DNA from: the human T2T-CHM13v2.0 reference genome, Homo sapiens
NCBI RefSeq assembly: GCF_009914755.1
Contig: NC_060925.1
Strand: one strand, 5' to 3'
Length of the DNA: 64,000 nt
Of this stretch, positions 12,559-34,467 are shown piece by piece; positions within the stretch are counted from its first letter, which is position 1, and each line of letters opens with the position of its first letter. A model generated the notes under the pieces. The model was not told the origin of the DNA. It searched no databases and saw only the letters and a program-made list of their open reading frames with translations. The position numbers and the translations under genes are program-made.

Positions 12559-13586
12559 CCATCCTTGACTCACGAGTAGAGCTGAGAGATAGACCATGCC
12601 TCAATAACATTGTTTGAGTCTCTGAATCCAGTCTCACCTGATGCCAGCTTCACCTCACATCTTCTGTGGTTCATTAACCAATAAACTCCCTTTTTACTCA
12701 CTGTCCACATTTCAGCAGGTATTATGATACTTACATTTGACTAACTTTTGACAAACAGAAATGCCTTCCTAATAACACCCTGAATCCAGGACATTGTGTG
12801 TCCAAACCAATCATCACTTGCCCTGAAGTAATACATACACTGGTGTCCTTGCCACCAGAATCCTTCCAGAGAAGCACAGGTTTTATGCAAGGGGAAGCAT
12901 TTAAACTGAGCCACAAAAATTGAAGTGGGAGGTTCAAAACTAAGAGAATAATATGAGCAATGGTTACCACCAAATTTCATCTTCTATTGTTTTGTACACA
13001 AACTCTGAAAAGCTTATTTGAATCTCTATAACCATGATTGTCCACGTTAGTAAATTAGTATCTTTCCAGTCCAAAATTGTATTAATTTGCAAGAAAAATT
13101 CTAAGATATCCCTAATCCACAGATTGTACCAAGTCATTCTTTTATTCACACTCTATCCTAGTTAATTTATTAGTGTACCTTCTACTTGGTATTTACTACT
13201 TCCTAATCACTATTAGAACTGCTGTTCTGCTTTATCAGCAAAATAGTTACATTTGTACTTGTAAAGTATTGTTGTTTGTCTCTGTTGCCAATATTTCTAT
13301 AAACTTATTACTGAAATAATCTATAGAAAATTTGGGCCTATGGTCTTTCACATTAAGCAAGTGAGAGACTTCGAAGGTTTCCTGAACAAGGAAAGAGTAG
13401 AGTCTCTTAGAATTTTTATTGGCAGCAATATGAATAATATATTGGTGTGAGAGAGATTATAAATTGGGAGACCATTCTGTGGGTCTTAGTTCATTAATTA
13501 AACCAAGACATATCTTAGGAACATTTTCTAAAGATCAGGCATTAAGCCAGTTAACTAGACAAATTATGTTAAAGATAATGTGATTG

Positions 13587-13697
13587 AACACTTGAACCTG
13601 GGAGGCAGAGGTTGCAGTGAGCCGAGATCACGCCAATGCACTCCAGCCTAGGTGACAGATAGAGACTCTGTCTCAAAGAAACAAACAAACAAAAAAG
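13587..13697 (+). mobile_element. Alu right-arm fragment
   Basis: cttgaacctgggaggcagaggttgcagtgagccgagatc...gactctgtctcaaa. Confidence 0.9.
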
Positions 13698-14879
13698 ATA
13701 ATGGGACTCAAAACTAGCACAGAAGCAGTAGGAATGCAGAGGAGAGATGTAAAAGGTATGTCAGTAAGAAAAATAATAGGAATCAAAAACTGATAAAATA
13801 TGGAGCTATAAAGAGCAGTGCTCAAAGTTATGTAGCTAGTACTTCTATGTCAAACACTATGGGAATGAGGCCAAGAAGGTTTGATTATTGGTACATAGAC
13901 CAGTTGGTTTTACTTATTTGGTGGTCAAACATTACAACTCTAACCTTTGCTAGGCAACTAAGAAAGATAATCTAAGGTCGAGAATAACTGTACACATAGA
14001 TTGATGCAAATACAGCATCATCATCTCTATTAGATAAAATGAGAGGAAATTCAGACCTTTTATTTATGGATAATAGCATTTCTTTCTTGAAAGCCAGCCT
14101 ATTGCAAAGCCTGGCACAGTGTCGGTGCTCAGTAGTGCTGTGGGATGAATAGATGAAGGAATAACTGAAGGAATGGCAGAAAAAGCATGGAAGACAAATT
14201 CCATTAATGGTGGACTGAGAACTAACACTAATATCATCTTCCCACTTCAATTCCTATGAATAAGAGAAAAAGCATTTTTTAATATAAATTAATGTAGTGC
14301 CAGAAAAAAAAGTTTCATTCAACAGAAAGAAATAGAAGAATCTCTGGAAGTCAGAAAGCAGAAGAATTATATTAATAGAAGAAATCATAACCCAGAACAT
14401 ATACAGAGGAAGGTCCACTATAAAAATTTGAAGTGTTTCTGGGGAATGCTAGAAAGAAAGGGACAATGGAAACAAGTGGCACAAAGTATTGGAGAGATTG
14501 ATTAAGGGGTCACTGCTACCATGCCTCTTGGCCAAGCATTAAGCAGCAGAGGCATTTGCTCTTAGTCTGAAGCAATCAGAGTCCTTTGGCCTGACAGGTG
14601 GGACCTTGCCCAAGGAGTCTGAAGACATCCAGGAGAGAACCCTATGCTCCCACATTCAAAAGACAAATTAGTGGTACACCCTGCCAGCATTTCTGGCTCA
14701 TTCCTCATAATCCCTAGAGATGGGCTACAGAAAACAGGAATGGCATCCATAGATATGCTGAGAGAATTAATACCATGAAAAGGGGGCAGTTCACTCAACA
14801 AATATACTGATAGGAAACAGAATATAAGAGCCAATAGAGAAGTTTTTTGTTGAGAAGTATAATCAATATATTCAGAGTA

Positions 14880-15460
14880 TACAAAGTATAGACAAAAAAT
14901 AAATAAGACAAAAATCTTGGGAATCAAAACTATGATACTCAAAAAAAAGGATTTCAGAGAAAGAAAACATTGAGATTGGAGGTAGGAAAATAATCAAAGA
15001 AATAATACAAAAACATCTTAGAGTAGTTAACAAAAGTAAGTGATCAGATCAAAAGAGCCACAGCATACCAAGCAGGGTGTATTAAAAAGATCCATGTCTA
15101 AACAATGGCAAGGACTTTGATAATTAGGATAAGGCAAAAAATTTGAAAAATCTCCAGATATCATGTATATGTATCCTAGAAAGGAAGGAGAATCAACAGG
15201 TGTTAGAAAAGTATCAATAAAAAGATAGAGAATTAAAAATGAGCAAAGAAAATAAAGCTACCTGACTTATTTTAAGAATCCAGTAACAAGTTACCACAAA
15301 ACCCAAACAAAAATGGTACAAAAAAAAGAAAATGAGAAGCCATTCTCATTTATAAACATAGATGCAAAAATCCTACATAAAGTATAAGCAAGTCAAATCT
15401 ATGTGTAAAAAATTTAAAACATTATAACTAAGTAGAGTTATTAAGCAAATGAGAGAAAAT
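14880..15460 (+). mobile_element. Ancient L1M fragment(s); further L1M pieces at ~17100-18100 and ~18920-19290
   Basis: A-rich degenerate ORF1/ORF2-like sequence, e.g. aacatagatgcaaaaatcctacataaagtat. Confidence 0.55.
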
Positions 15461-15923
15461 ATCTAGGCAACACTCACATGCCGACTGGAGCAGCAGTTAC
15501 TGGGGACACTCACAGTCAGAGCTGTGAGAGGCCCTCATAAACCACCACATTCTAGGGCCATGCTCAGGGATCTGGTAGCACAGAACATCAGACTCTAGGA
15601 GAGGGACCCCTATCCTTGAGCTATGAGGCTGCAAGATTAGAGAAGTACTGGCTTCTTCCCTGGTGTGACCATAGTCCATGAAACCATAGCAATATGGTGT
15701 GACAACCTAGCATTCATAGTTTGAGGGGGCATCTGCCCTTCCCTGGTGTGGCTCGGGGGCTGAGATCCACACCTTTCAGTTGCAGCTAAAAGACTCAGCA
15801 AGCTTAGAAAGGATGAAGTGCAAAAACGTTCATAGCAAGAGTCAACAGCCATCCCCTGACATGACTGAGAGCTAAGTGTCTAACCCTTGTGATTAATAAA
15901 GATTGGTTGCCTGAGTCATTTCC

Positions 15924-16984
15924 TATCGGGGGAAACCAGCCCCCAGTATTCAACATGGGTCCTTTTCTATTTTCCCTAAGTGTCGGCTGGTCTGAGAAAT
16001 AAAGGGAAAGAGTACAAAAGAGAGAAATTTTAAAGTTGGGTGTCCAGGGGAGACATCACATGTCGGCAGGTTCCGTGATGCCCCGCAAGCCACAAAACCA
16101 GCAAGTTTTTATTAGCGATTTTCAAAAGGGGAGGGAGTGTACGAATAGGGTGTGGGTCACAGAGATCACATGCTTCACAAGGTAGTAAAATATCACAAGG
16201 CAAATGGAGGCAGGGTGAGATCACAGGACCGGGGTGAAATTAAAATTGCTAATGAAGTTTTGGGCATGCATTGTCATTGATAACATCTTATCAGGAGACA
16301 GGGTTTGAGAGCAGACAACCGGTCTGACCAAAATTTATTAGGTGGGAATTTCCTCGTCCTAATAAGCCTGGGAGCGCTACAGGAGACTGGGCCTTATTTC
16401 ATCCCTCATCTACAACCGTAAAAGAGAGGCGTTCCCAAAGTGGCCATTTTAGGGACCTCCCCTTGGGAATGCATTCTCTTTCTCAGGAATGTTCCTTGCT
16501 GAGAAAAAGAATTCAGTGACATTTCTCCTATTTGCTTTTGAAAGAAGAGAAATATGGCTCTGTTCCACCCGGCTCTCAGGCAGCCAGGCCTAATGGTTGT
16601 CTCCCTTGTTCCCTGAAAATCACTGTTATCCTGTTCTTTTTTCAAGATGCCCAGATTTCATATTGTTTAAACAATTTGTGCAGTTAACACAATCATCACA
16701 GGGTCCTGAGGCAACATTCATCCTCAGCTTACAAAGATGATGGGATTAAGAAATTAAAGTAAAGACAGGCATAGGAAATCACAAGAGTATTGATTAGGGA
16801 AGTGATAAGTGTCCATGAAATCTTCACAATTTATGTTCAGAGATTGCAGTAAAGAAAGGCATAAGAAATTATAAAAGTATTAATTTGGGGAACTAATAAA
16901 TGTCCATGAAATCTTCACAATTTATGTTCTTCTGCCATGGCTTCAGCTGGTCCCTCTGTTCAGGTTCCCTGACTTCCCACAACA
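15924..16984 (-). mobile_element. MER11 solo LTR (HERV-K11/HML-8)
   Basis: MER11 antisense termini (t.tcgggggaaaccagcccc ... gacttcccacaaca); ~1.06 kb; 6-bp TSD atttcc/gtttcc; internal tandem copies of gtccatgaaatcttcacaatttatgttc. Confidence 0.9.
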
Positions 16985-19900
16985 GTTTCCATTGTGATTT
17001 ACAGTAGTCCAGCACCTTTTCTGTGTGGCCAACTACAGAGGGTCATCTTGGAAAAGGTAAAATAATTAGCACTTACAGCTGAAGGGTTTTCCTCAGAAAT
17101 GCAGGGGTAGTTTCAGATAAGAGAAAGCTACCAATGTAATTTGTATTTCTTTGACAGACTTAATAGCAGCATCGTAAGACCATTCCAATAGATGCCAAAT
17201 GTTTTAAATTTATCATTTCTCCATTCTTACTAAATTAAGAGTAAAAAGAATTTCTACTAAAAACCTACAGCAAATATCATACTTAAAATGAAATTTTAGA
17301 AACTTCTCTTTAGAGTTAAGTGTATGGCAAGATGCCTACTATCAATCAACTGCATTGTCCAATCCAATGCAGCAATATGAGAAAAAAAAGTGGTCTGATG
17401 ATCAGAAAATAAGTGTACAATAATTTACAAATATGATAGTCTATATTAAAAATCCTACAAAATCTACATGTAAACTATTAGAATCAATAGTAATTCACCA
17501 TTTGTGTTGGCATAAGGTAATCATAAAACACACTAAGATACTCATTTCTTATAGCAGAAACCAACTAGAAAATAAAACATATAAGAGATCCCAGTCGTGT
17601 TATCAATAAAACTCATAGAGCACCTTGAAGTAGGTCTTACAGAAATTTGCAACACTTTTATAAAATATTGTATTATATTACTAAATGACATAAAAATGAA
17701 TAAATGGAGACTTAGACCACATCCATTGAGTGACCCAACAACATAATAGTGTTAATGCTCCCCAAATTAATGTAAATGTTCCATTAAATATATTCATACC
17801 CTATGATCTAGTAATTCAACTTCCAGGAATATAACCTATAAAAATTCCCTCAGAGACATATACAAGGAAATTCTTTGCAGCACTGCTTGTTACTTGGAAA
17901 ACAAATAGAAGGAATTCAAATGTTGTTCAGTTAGGAAATGCATATTCATATGAAGGAATAGTGTACCACAGTTAAAAAGAATAGAAAAGATATGTATATA
18001 TCCTGCCCTGCAACAAATACAAGGGTTTGGATGCAAATTAGTCCATGCATAATTAAAATATGAAAATAAAAATTTACATAAATAAAAGACTAGTGCCAGT
18101 ATAACATATAAGTTATATTTATTCATATGCCATATTCCCTAACAGGTAATGTAGTAAAGAAATAAAGTTCACACTTTCTCACAAAGAAAAATCCTTAGTA
18201 ATATGTAAATATTTTAATATAAAGGCTGAAAATTCTACCTAGTACTGTTAGTGCATACAGTAGATAGTTTAGTGGCTTCAGAAATTATTATGCATTACAC
18301 AGCATTAAGCTATATTGTGATGCTGCAAGTGCTGATGAAAGAGTTGCCATGACATTTCTCTCTGTGTTAAAATTTTGTTTTATTGATGACTAAAGCTACA
18401 CTCATTATCAGATTTTAAATTTTGGTGAAGCCAGCCTCTATTAGAAGTGATATCCCTCAAAAGACATACACTCCAAAAGAGGTTGTGGGAGCCCTGGGCT
18501 GAAGGCTGCAAAAGTGTGACTAGTTGTGAGGTTGGTGAACATATTTGAGAAGTCTTCATAATGCTAATAATTTCAGTGGGATTGTTACTGTTCATGTTGG
18601 CCCTCTGGTGTGTTAGTGAATAGGTTTTGAGTGGTCTGTCCCTAGTTATCTATAGACTTAATTATCTATGGGTCTAATTATCCCACAAGCTCTGTTATTT
18701 TTAGTGCACGATTATGCAGAAGATGAGAATTTTCAGGAACGCATATATCACATCATAGCAAAAAAAATCCAAAAGGATATATCTCAAAAACGATATTAAA
18801 TTTAAAAGATAAGTTATAAAAAGTTATTTAGATGGTATCTCATAGTTGGCTTTTAAAATTCAAAACAAGATTATACAGCATACATAAATATCTATATATT
18901 TATTATGTTCATGGGTATTTAAAACAACAGATAATTCATCCCCAAAAAAAACACACAACTCCAGTCTAATAAGAAGACAAACATCAGAGAAACCCAAATT
19001 GACTTTTTACAAAATATCTGACTAGTACTCCTCAAAATTATCAGCTTATGAAAAAACAAGGAAAGACTGAGAAATTGTCACATACCAGAAGACACAGGAT
19101 GACTAAATGTAATGTGGTATCCTGGATTGAATCCTAAAACAGGAAAAGGACATGAGTGTAAAAACTGGAAAAAGACTGGAGTTTGGTTCATAGTAATGTA
19201 CCAATGCTGTTTTTTCAGTTTTGACAAATGTACCATGGTAAGGTCGGATGTTAATATTAGGGAAAGTTTGGTGAAGGGCATCTGGGAACTCTCTAGAGCA
19301 GCATTTCTTTCTTCTACATCATGTTCTTATATAATTAACAGAGCCAGAGTCAGTTCTGGAGGGGATGACTCCATTTAAGTAAAAAATAAATAAATAAAAT
19401 GTGCTTACTACTCAAATGTAGCTTCAAGATAAGACCCCCTACTACCTCCTGTTGGTCATCACTATACTCTATTCAGCCATAGCACTTGTTTCTGTGTAAC
19501 GTGAAACAAGTCAGTTATGACTTGTAGGTGGGGGGATGACAGCAGTGTAACACAGACATTGCATCTTTGTTTTTCTCAGCAAGTTGCTATTTTCCACAAC
19601 CAAGCACCAGCAATGATCACAAAATACACTAACACTGGGGAACACAGCCAGCTGGAGAAATGCAGAACCGAATATTCTTCGTCTCTGACCATCTGGCCAT
19701 GAGCTCCATCTTAGAAGTAAGTACCATGCTGTACCCTCTGATCATGATGCATCTGGCCTTGTGTTTCCGTCACTCAATCTTTCTTTATATGCCTTTCTAT
19801 CAGGTGAGATTTACCTGTTTTTTTTAAGGTAAAGTTCAATATTTGGTGTATTATGTCTTAACTTATTCATGATAATAGTTTTATTAAGATAATTACTATT

Positions 19901-21133
19901 TTTGAAATTGCTTCAGTTACATCATTGCATCAATTTTGAATGATAAGTTCCAAACCATATTTTACGCATAATACCTGTTATCTTTTACATAACTTTGGAG
20001 AATAGGAGGTTACTTCATAACATGCTATGTTATAGCAGAAATGTTGGCATTGAGAAATTTTCCCAAAGAGACTTCAAATCTTATGAGATCATTTACAAGG
20101 GGTTTTCTGCCTTTAAGATACGGTGAAAAAACATATGCCAGCTTCTGACCTGAAACTATCTACAGAAAAAAAGGTGGGATTCCTGGAAATCCTCAACAAA
20201 CAGCTGTTTCACCTAAAACCTGCTAATGTAAGTCTCTTAGTGGTAGAATGCCATGGTAGAAATATTGTATAGGAGTCTTCAGTAGAAATTTGAGCAGCAG
20301 ATTACATAAATCTGTAAAGGTTTACTAAAAGGATATTTCTTATGAGGAACTAGAACTAGGAATACAAGAAATTCTCTCTCCATCTTTCAATCCTGCTGAA
20401 ACTGAAGGAGAACCTCTCAGTTTTAATTCAAAATTATAAATAGAGGAATAATCCACCCAGTCCAGATTAGGTCAGGAGATCTCCATTGATCTAATCAGCT
20501 GTCGTCAGGATTTAAGAGTACATCATAGAAACACGGCTGCCAGAAACCATCCTTGGATGTTGAGTAGGGGATCTGTTATCAGAAGAAAAGGTCCAAAAAG
20601 ACCCCCGAAATACATCCATTATAGTAGGCATCAGAAGATCTGCCAGAAGAGTGATGATGAGTGAATGCTCAGGAATGCTCACTAATAAATAGCAGATGAA
20701 AGCCTGCTTTGCAACCATCCTGCCCAATGCTCTTCTTCATAATTGATTACCTGAGACACCAACAATCCTGACATTCCCCTTGCAGACTCTGGATTGAGCT
20801 GTTCTCTCTCTTCTTCAAAGACCTACTCAGTCTCCTGGGCTTCTCACTCAATTAGCTACAGAATCACTGTGTCTCGTTCGTTCCACTCCACTTATTTACT
20901 GTTGCTCCTCCAAGTAAATTCATAGACTTTTTCATTTTAAATTTTGTTTTTGGTTTTGGTTTCTGCAATAAGTTCCAATGAAATAGACATAAGAAAATAA
21001 AAATAACTAACCTGAGAAGTGTCATGAAATCTGATAAAGCCCTCATAGAAAGAGTTGTCTGGAATCAAATGTCATTTGCAGGCATCATTCTTTACTAGTT
21101 TTATGATTTAGTCTTATACTCACCAGTAAGGTC

Positions 21134-21496
21134 TGTATTAGTTCATTTTCACACTGCTATAAAGAACTAGCTGAGACTGGGTAATTTATAAAGAAAAGGG
21201 GTTTAATTGGCTCATAGTTCCACAAGGCTGGGGAGGCCTCAGGAAACACAATCAAGGTGGAAGGTGAAGGGGAAGCAAGGCACATCTTACATGGTGGCAA
21301 GAGAGAGCAAAAGAGCAAAGGGAGAGAGTCACATACTTATTAAACAACAAGATCTCATGAGAGTTCTATCACAAGAACAACAAGGGGGAAATCTGCCCCC
21401 ATGATTCAGTCACCCCCAACCAGGTCACTCCCCCAACATGTGAAGATTACAATTCGAGATGAGATTTGGGTGGGGACACAAAGCCAAACCATATCA
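21134..21496 (-). mobile_element. THE1 solo LTR
   Basis: tgtattagttcattttcacactgctataaag ... ccaaaccatatca; TSD aggtc/gggtc. Confidence 0.92.
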
Positions 21497-22561
21497 GGGT
21501 CATTTCATCACCTCTGGCTATAGAATTCAAGAGTCATCTTACATCCTTCTCAGGAAGGAGGGCTTAGCCTATATACCCATGGCCAAGCTACTCCAATTCC
21601 AGGAAATTTATAAAGCACAGTGTTCAGTATCAGATACACACCACAGACTTAGTGTTGAGTCTGTGCAGCATGACACACAGGGCAACTCTGTTGGTAATTC
21701 CCCTGGAAGTCCAAGGTGGCAAATTCTGTAAACTAATTTGTTTCACTCAAGACTCACATTCTCTTCTAGCTTACCTTCCTAATCTGTCATACCTAGAAAG
21801 TTAAAAACTACGTTGCCCAGAACTTTTGCTGCTAAGGCTCCACATGTGACATAGGTTTAGCTAAGCAAAGACACTCACATGATATTTGGATACACAAAGA
21901 ATTTCCAAATCCATTTGGAAATCCATTTTCTAGATCCTTGGATTCCGTGTAACTTGTTTCTGGAACTGAGCCATCTGAGCACAAATCTGTTCCTAAGCCT
22001 TCTCAGAAGCTGTTCTTTTCTTGCTCCTGTTTCTTGATGACCCTTCTCCCACTCTACTAAAAAAAAAACACAACCAACGGTAGCTTTCAGACTACTTAGA
22101 CTTTAGAGTATATGCCTTTCTCTTCAAATGGATAAAGCTTAAACACAATGTCTAATAAAGTTAGTGGAACAATTTCTGATATTAATACATAATTCTGATT
22201 TACTTATACCCAAAATCCAAACTCCAGAATTAGATATATGTGTTCACCCACATTTTCTGAAGAAATATCATGCTTTTTATGGTAAGTCTTGCTCCCTAAA
22301 ATTTTAGCCTTGATTTTAGTAATCTATGCACAAGATTCTTTCCATAATTTGTAACTTAGTAGTTTTCATAATAGTCTTTGGAAGTGCAAATCTAATTACT
22401 AAGATATATTCTTTGAAAATATAAAATTAAGTATTCATCAACAAAATTCTTTTGTATATTTAGTATAATGAAAAATATTGTGATGTATTTCCAATATTTG
22501 AATAATTTAATGTTACTAACATTCTGTAGTAAAATTTATTTTTTGGTATACAACTTTTTGC

Positions 22562-23290
<729 letters not shown>

Positions 23291-23501
23291 ATACATTCCA
23301 CGCAAATTTGATTTCAAATTTGAATTGCACTGTCACTTTCTAGTCAGAGGAGTTGGCATTATAAAAGATTTAAATGTTTTAAAATGTGCCAATCTGTACC
23401 TAAGAAAAAATCAAGGTGTTGAAGAAAAAAGACATGATGATTCTCTTAGACACAATAAAAAGCAGCAGTTTGGGGTTTTTATAAAAGAGTCAAGTTCTGG
23501 T

Positions 23502-29640
<6,139 letters not shown>

Positions 29641-31545
29641 TAAATTCAGTTATTGGGGTTGGCTTAGACAGCCTCATAAAGATTAGCATTGCTAACTAGT
29701 TTCACTATTTTCCTACTGAAAAACAAAATTTTACATAAATATGGAAACTATTATAATACCTAGTACACTGTTGACAGGGAAAAAGAGTTTACATGCCAAT
29801 TGCAATTTTACATTGCCCTTACATACATTCCCTTTTCTGACATTATTGTAGTTTAAATAATGAATGAAATAACCAAATAATAATTGTAATGATGATAATA
29901 ATGACAACAGCAAACAGTTCTATAGCACTAACCACATGCCAGACATTGTTCTACATGCATTCTCATATTAACCCAAATAAGCCTTCCAACTTGGAGTAAG
30001 AACAACATTATCTCCATTTTACAGACGAGGAAACTGTGGCACTGAGAAATTGCTCACCAGGTTATAATAAAGATTGTGGTAGACAAGGTATGCCTTACCA
30101 ATAGGAAAATCCACAGATGTTTCCAAACATTCCCAGTTAATTGTGTTCATATTATAGAGAAGAAACTGCATGCAAAAAGTACTTCATGATATTATTTTTA
30201 AATTTTGAAAACTTTTATTCACATTTATTTGGCTTACACTAGAAATGGGACGAAAGTTCTCTATAAACAAAATAGTTGCCCAGGCCAGCTTTGTGGCTGT
30301 GAGAGCAGTATAGTTACACACCCAGCCCTGCTCTTAGACGGTCCCTGTGTTTAAAAGATCCCACGCTGACTTTAATACTCAGTTGTCACCATCTTGAAAT
30401 ACTTAATTTTTTTAACAAAAAACTTTACATTTTCATTTCGCACTAGGCCCCATGAATTCTGTAATTGGTTCTAATTGTTACAATGACTGTGCAAAAATGA
30501 AGTTTTATGTCTTTTGCCCAGGCTTTAAAACTTATTTTAGCTTGAGAACATGATTTTATTGATAAACAAGCTTTGGTTGCAAAAAGTAGAGTTTTGACTT
30601 TTAGGGAGTATTGGATGTTGCCATTTAAATTGTAAATATTATAAAATCAAGGGAGTTAAACTTGCATCTTTTTAAATTGATATGTGAGGAAGTGGGATCA
30701 TCTGATCTCCAGCTAGTTGCTGCATTCAGAAATAAGATGGTTGTCATGGGGATGCATAATAGCATGTTTATTTGGATTGAATATGAAGTCAGAGTCAGAC
30801 TTTTTCTGACAGAAAAGAAGTTGATTTGGCTGACTGGTTTGACAATGAATAGTGGCTTTGCTCATTAAATAAGGTAAACATATGTCTCAGTTTTCCCAAG
30901 GCAGTCGAGGTTTGTCTGTTGTCCTGGCATAATTAGTAGCCCACCATCATTAAGTTAAATAGTAGATAATTTCCAAAAATTGAGTTAAATCCCTAGATCT
31001 AAGATTTTTCACTCCTCCCCAAAAAAGTACATAATAAATGTATATTATAAAAATATTATATTAGCAAAGGTATATTAAAATTGATATCTAAATTTTGCTA
31101 AACCTTCAAACAGTTACCTCTAAAAGGCAGTAGATAAAAATCAAGGGTCATTTAATAAATTTTAATAAGTTTAAGGGTCATTTGCTAAGTCTTGATAAAC
31201 TGTTATTAACATAATTCCAAAAAAATCAAAACTTGGAAAACATCTTTTTGCAAGTCAGGTGGCTTTTTATTTCTTTGTTTTCAGCAAATGTAGAGAATCT
31301 GTCCCTGACAGAACATTATATGTAACTTTTATGGTAGAGAATTTGTGATTTGGGGCATATAACTTGGAAGGATTTCAAAGAATTAAGCAAAGGAACTAGC
31401 ATAATTGTTCTGATCCCATCTACTTATTCACATGAACAAGATTTCTCAGAAATTACATTTTTTAGAGAGGGGAGGAAAATAAAACTGATGTAGAATGCAA
31501 CTCATCACTGCTATAAGTAATATCCATGTACAGACATATCAACTA

Positions 31546-32335
<790 letters not shown>

Positions 32336-32514
32336 TAATTGGAAATGAATAAAACTAGTCAAAGTTTGATGAGGAAAAGATTTGCATAGTCTTAAGGTAT
32401 CTTCCCACAAATTCCTTGTTAATTACAAAGCGGAAATGTGTAACTTTATAGTGGTGAAACCTAGCAGATACCACATTAGTTAAGTAAGTGATCAAATTTA
32501 GTATTGTCAATAAC

Positions 32515-33206
32515 ACAACCAGGCAGCTTAACTTCAAAATGCATTTTAAAAACTTTTTTTTTCAAGGTTGCAAGATGCAACCTTGAAGCTTACAGCAGAA
32601 ACCTTGTTTTTCTTCTCCTTAGTCTTTTTTCAAGGTTGCAAGATGCAACCTTGAAGCTTTCAGCAGAAACCTTGTTTTTCTTCTCCTTAGTCTTAACACA
32701 CAGCTTTGAACTGTACTTTCTTTAAAACACCAGGTTGCTCCCTTTCTCACCATACACTCTTACACCATGCACATTTATCTAACTGTATGCTTGTATCTAA
32801 TTATATGCTTACTTAGAAGTTCCAGGGGCTAATCTTGAGACAGACAAAGCCTGGAAATCCAGCTGCAGAATTCCAGCGATTAACTCAAGGCAACTAGTCA
32901 ACAACATGGCCATTGTTGAGATGATGCCAGCTCACGCTCCAGGTGGACTGAAATCCAACATAGCCATCGAAACAAGACACACAGACCTGAGCTCAGCACA
33001 ACTCCTGCATGTCTCCCCTGTTAAGTCCCTTCTTTTTGAAACCTTGCCTTCTCCCCAGTAGTTCAAAGTGGTTGCTTTGGTTGGGAATCTGGCCACCTCC
33101 CCAGTACTAGTTTTGGTTAATAAAACCACTTTCCTTCTTCCAGACCTCACTCTTGTTAATTGGATTCTGCAAGCAGCAAGCATCCAGACATGCATTCATT
33201 TATAAT
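32515..33206 (+). mobile_element. ERV1 (MER4-group-like) LTR inserted into an L1M 3' end
   Basis: LTR-like 3' part (aataaaaccactttccttcttccagacctcactcttgttaattgg); the L1M sequence resumes afterwards; subfamily uncertain. Confidence 0.55.
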
Positions 33207-33652
33207 AATGGGACAGATTCAAATTGTGTACCACTGACTAGATGTAATGAGGAGAAAAATGCAACTATTCTGTGATATTACTGCCAAAAAATAACTGACC
33301 TGATTCTAATCACAAGGGAGCACCCAACAAACTCCAAAAGAGGAACATTCTCCAAAGCAATTGGCCTGTAATCTGCAGAAGTGCCAATGTCATGAACATT
33401 AAGACAATTTGAAGAACTCTTTCAGAATAAAGGGGTCTAAAGAGACATGATAACTAAATGCAATGTGTGATCTATATTGGGTACTTTTGCTTTAAAAAGG
33501 ACATATTTGGAAGAATTAGTGAATTTGCAGAGGGTCTGGGGATAAGATGGTACTAATATATTGGTGCTGATTTTTTTATTTTGATTGTTGTTATGTACTT
33601 GTAAAGGAAAATATCCTTGCTTGTAGAAATTATACATTAAAGTGTTTAACGG

Positions 33653-34065
33653 TGTCTTAGACACGCAGTGCCATGAGCAGTCTGGGTATCCATTCCTGTT
33701 GGAATGGAAATACCACAAACTAGGTAATTTATAAATAATAGAAATGTATTTATCTCAGCTCTAGAGGCTGGGAAGGAAGTACAAGATCAAGGTGGCAGAA
33801 GGTTTAGTATCTGGTGAGGGCCCAGTCTCTACCTCCAAGATGGTGCCCCAAACACGGTGTCCTCACATGGCAGCAGAAATGGAAGAGGGAACAGGCCTAG
33901 ATAATTCTCTTGACCCCTTTTATAAGGTCAGTAATCTCATTCCTGAGGATGGAGCCCTTATGACTTAATCACCTCCTAAAAGCCCAACCCCTTAATACTA
34001 TCACATGGCAGCTTAGATGCCAACATATGAATTTGGGGGGGACACATACATTCAAACCTTAGCAC
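33653..34065 (-). mobile_element. MaLR LTR (MST/MLT1A-like)
   Basis: tgtcttag...ctagaggctgggaag..caagatcaaggtggcag...catacattcaaaccttagca. Confidence 0.8.
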
Positions 34066-34467
34066 AGGTAATAGGGTATCACATTGGCAACTTATCCTTA
34101 AATGCTTCATAAAACAGAAAGTTCTTTGTATTATTCTTAGGGGAAAAAATAATTACCTTCAATGACTTCCATGTCACTCAGCCAAAGTCTTCTACAGTGG
34201 CCTTCAATTCCCTCCATGACTTTCCTCTATTGTCATCTTGTGCCCCATTTCTCTGGATTTTCCCCGTAATCTGCTCTAGTGACACAGATTTTCTTGCTTT
34301 TCCTCAAACCCATCAGGCACACTCCCACCTTAAGGCCTTTGCACTAGCTATTCCCCCTGCCTGGAATGTTCTTCCCCAAGAAATCTACCTGGTCAACTCC
34401 CTCATCTCCATCAAGTTTTACCCAAATGTCATTGTTTCAGTGGGGCCTACAAGGACCACCTTACTTT

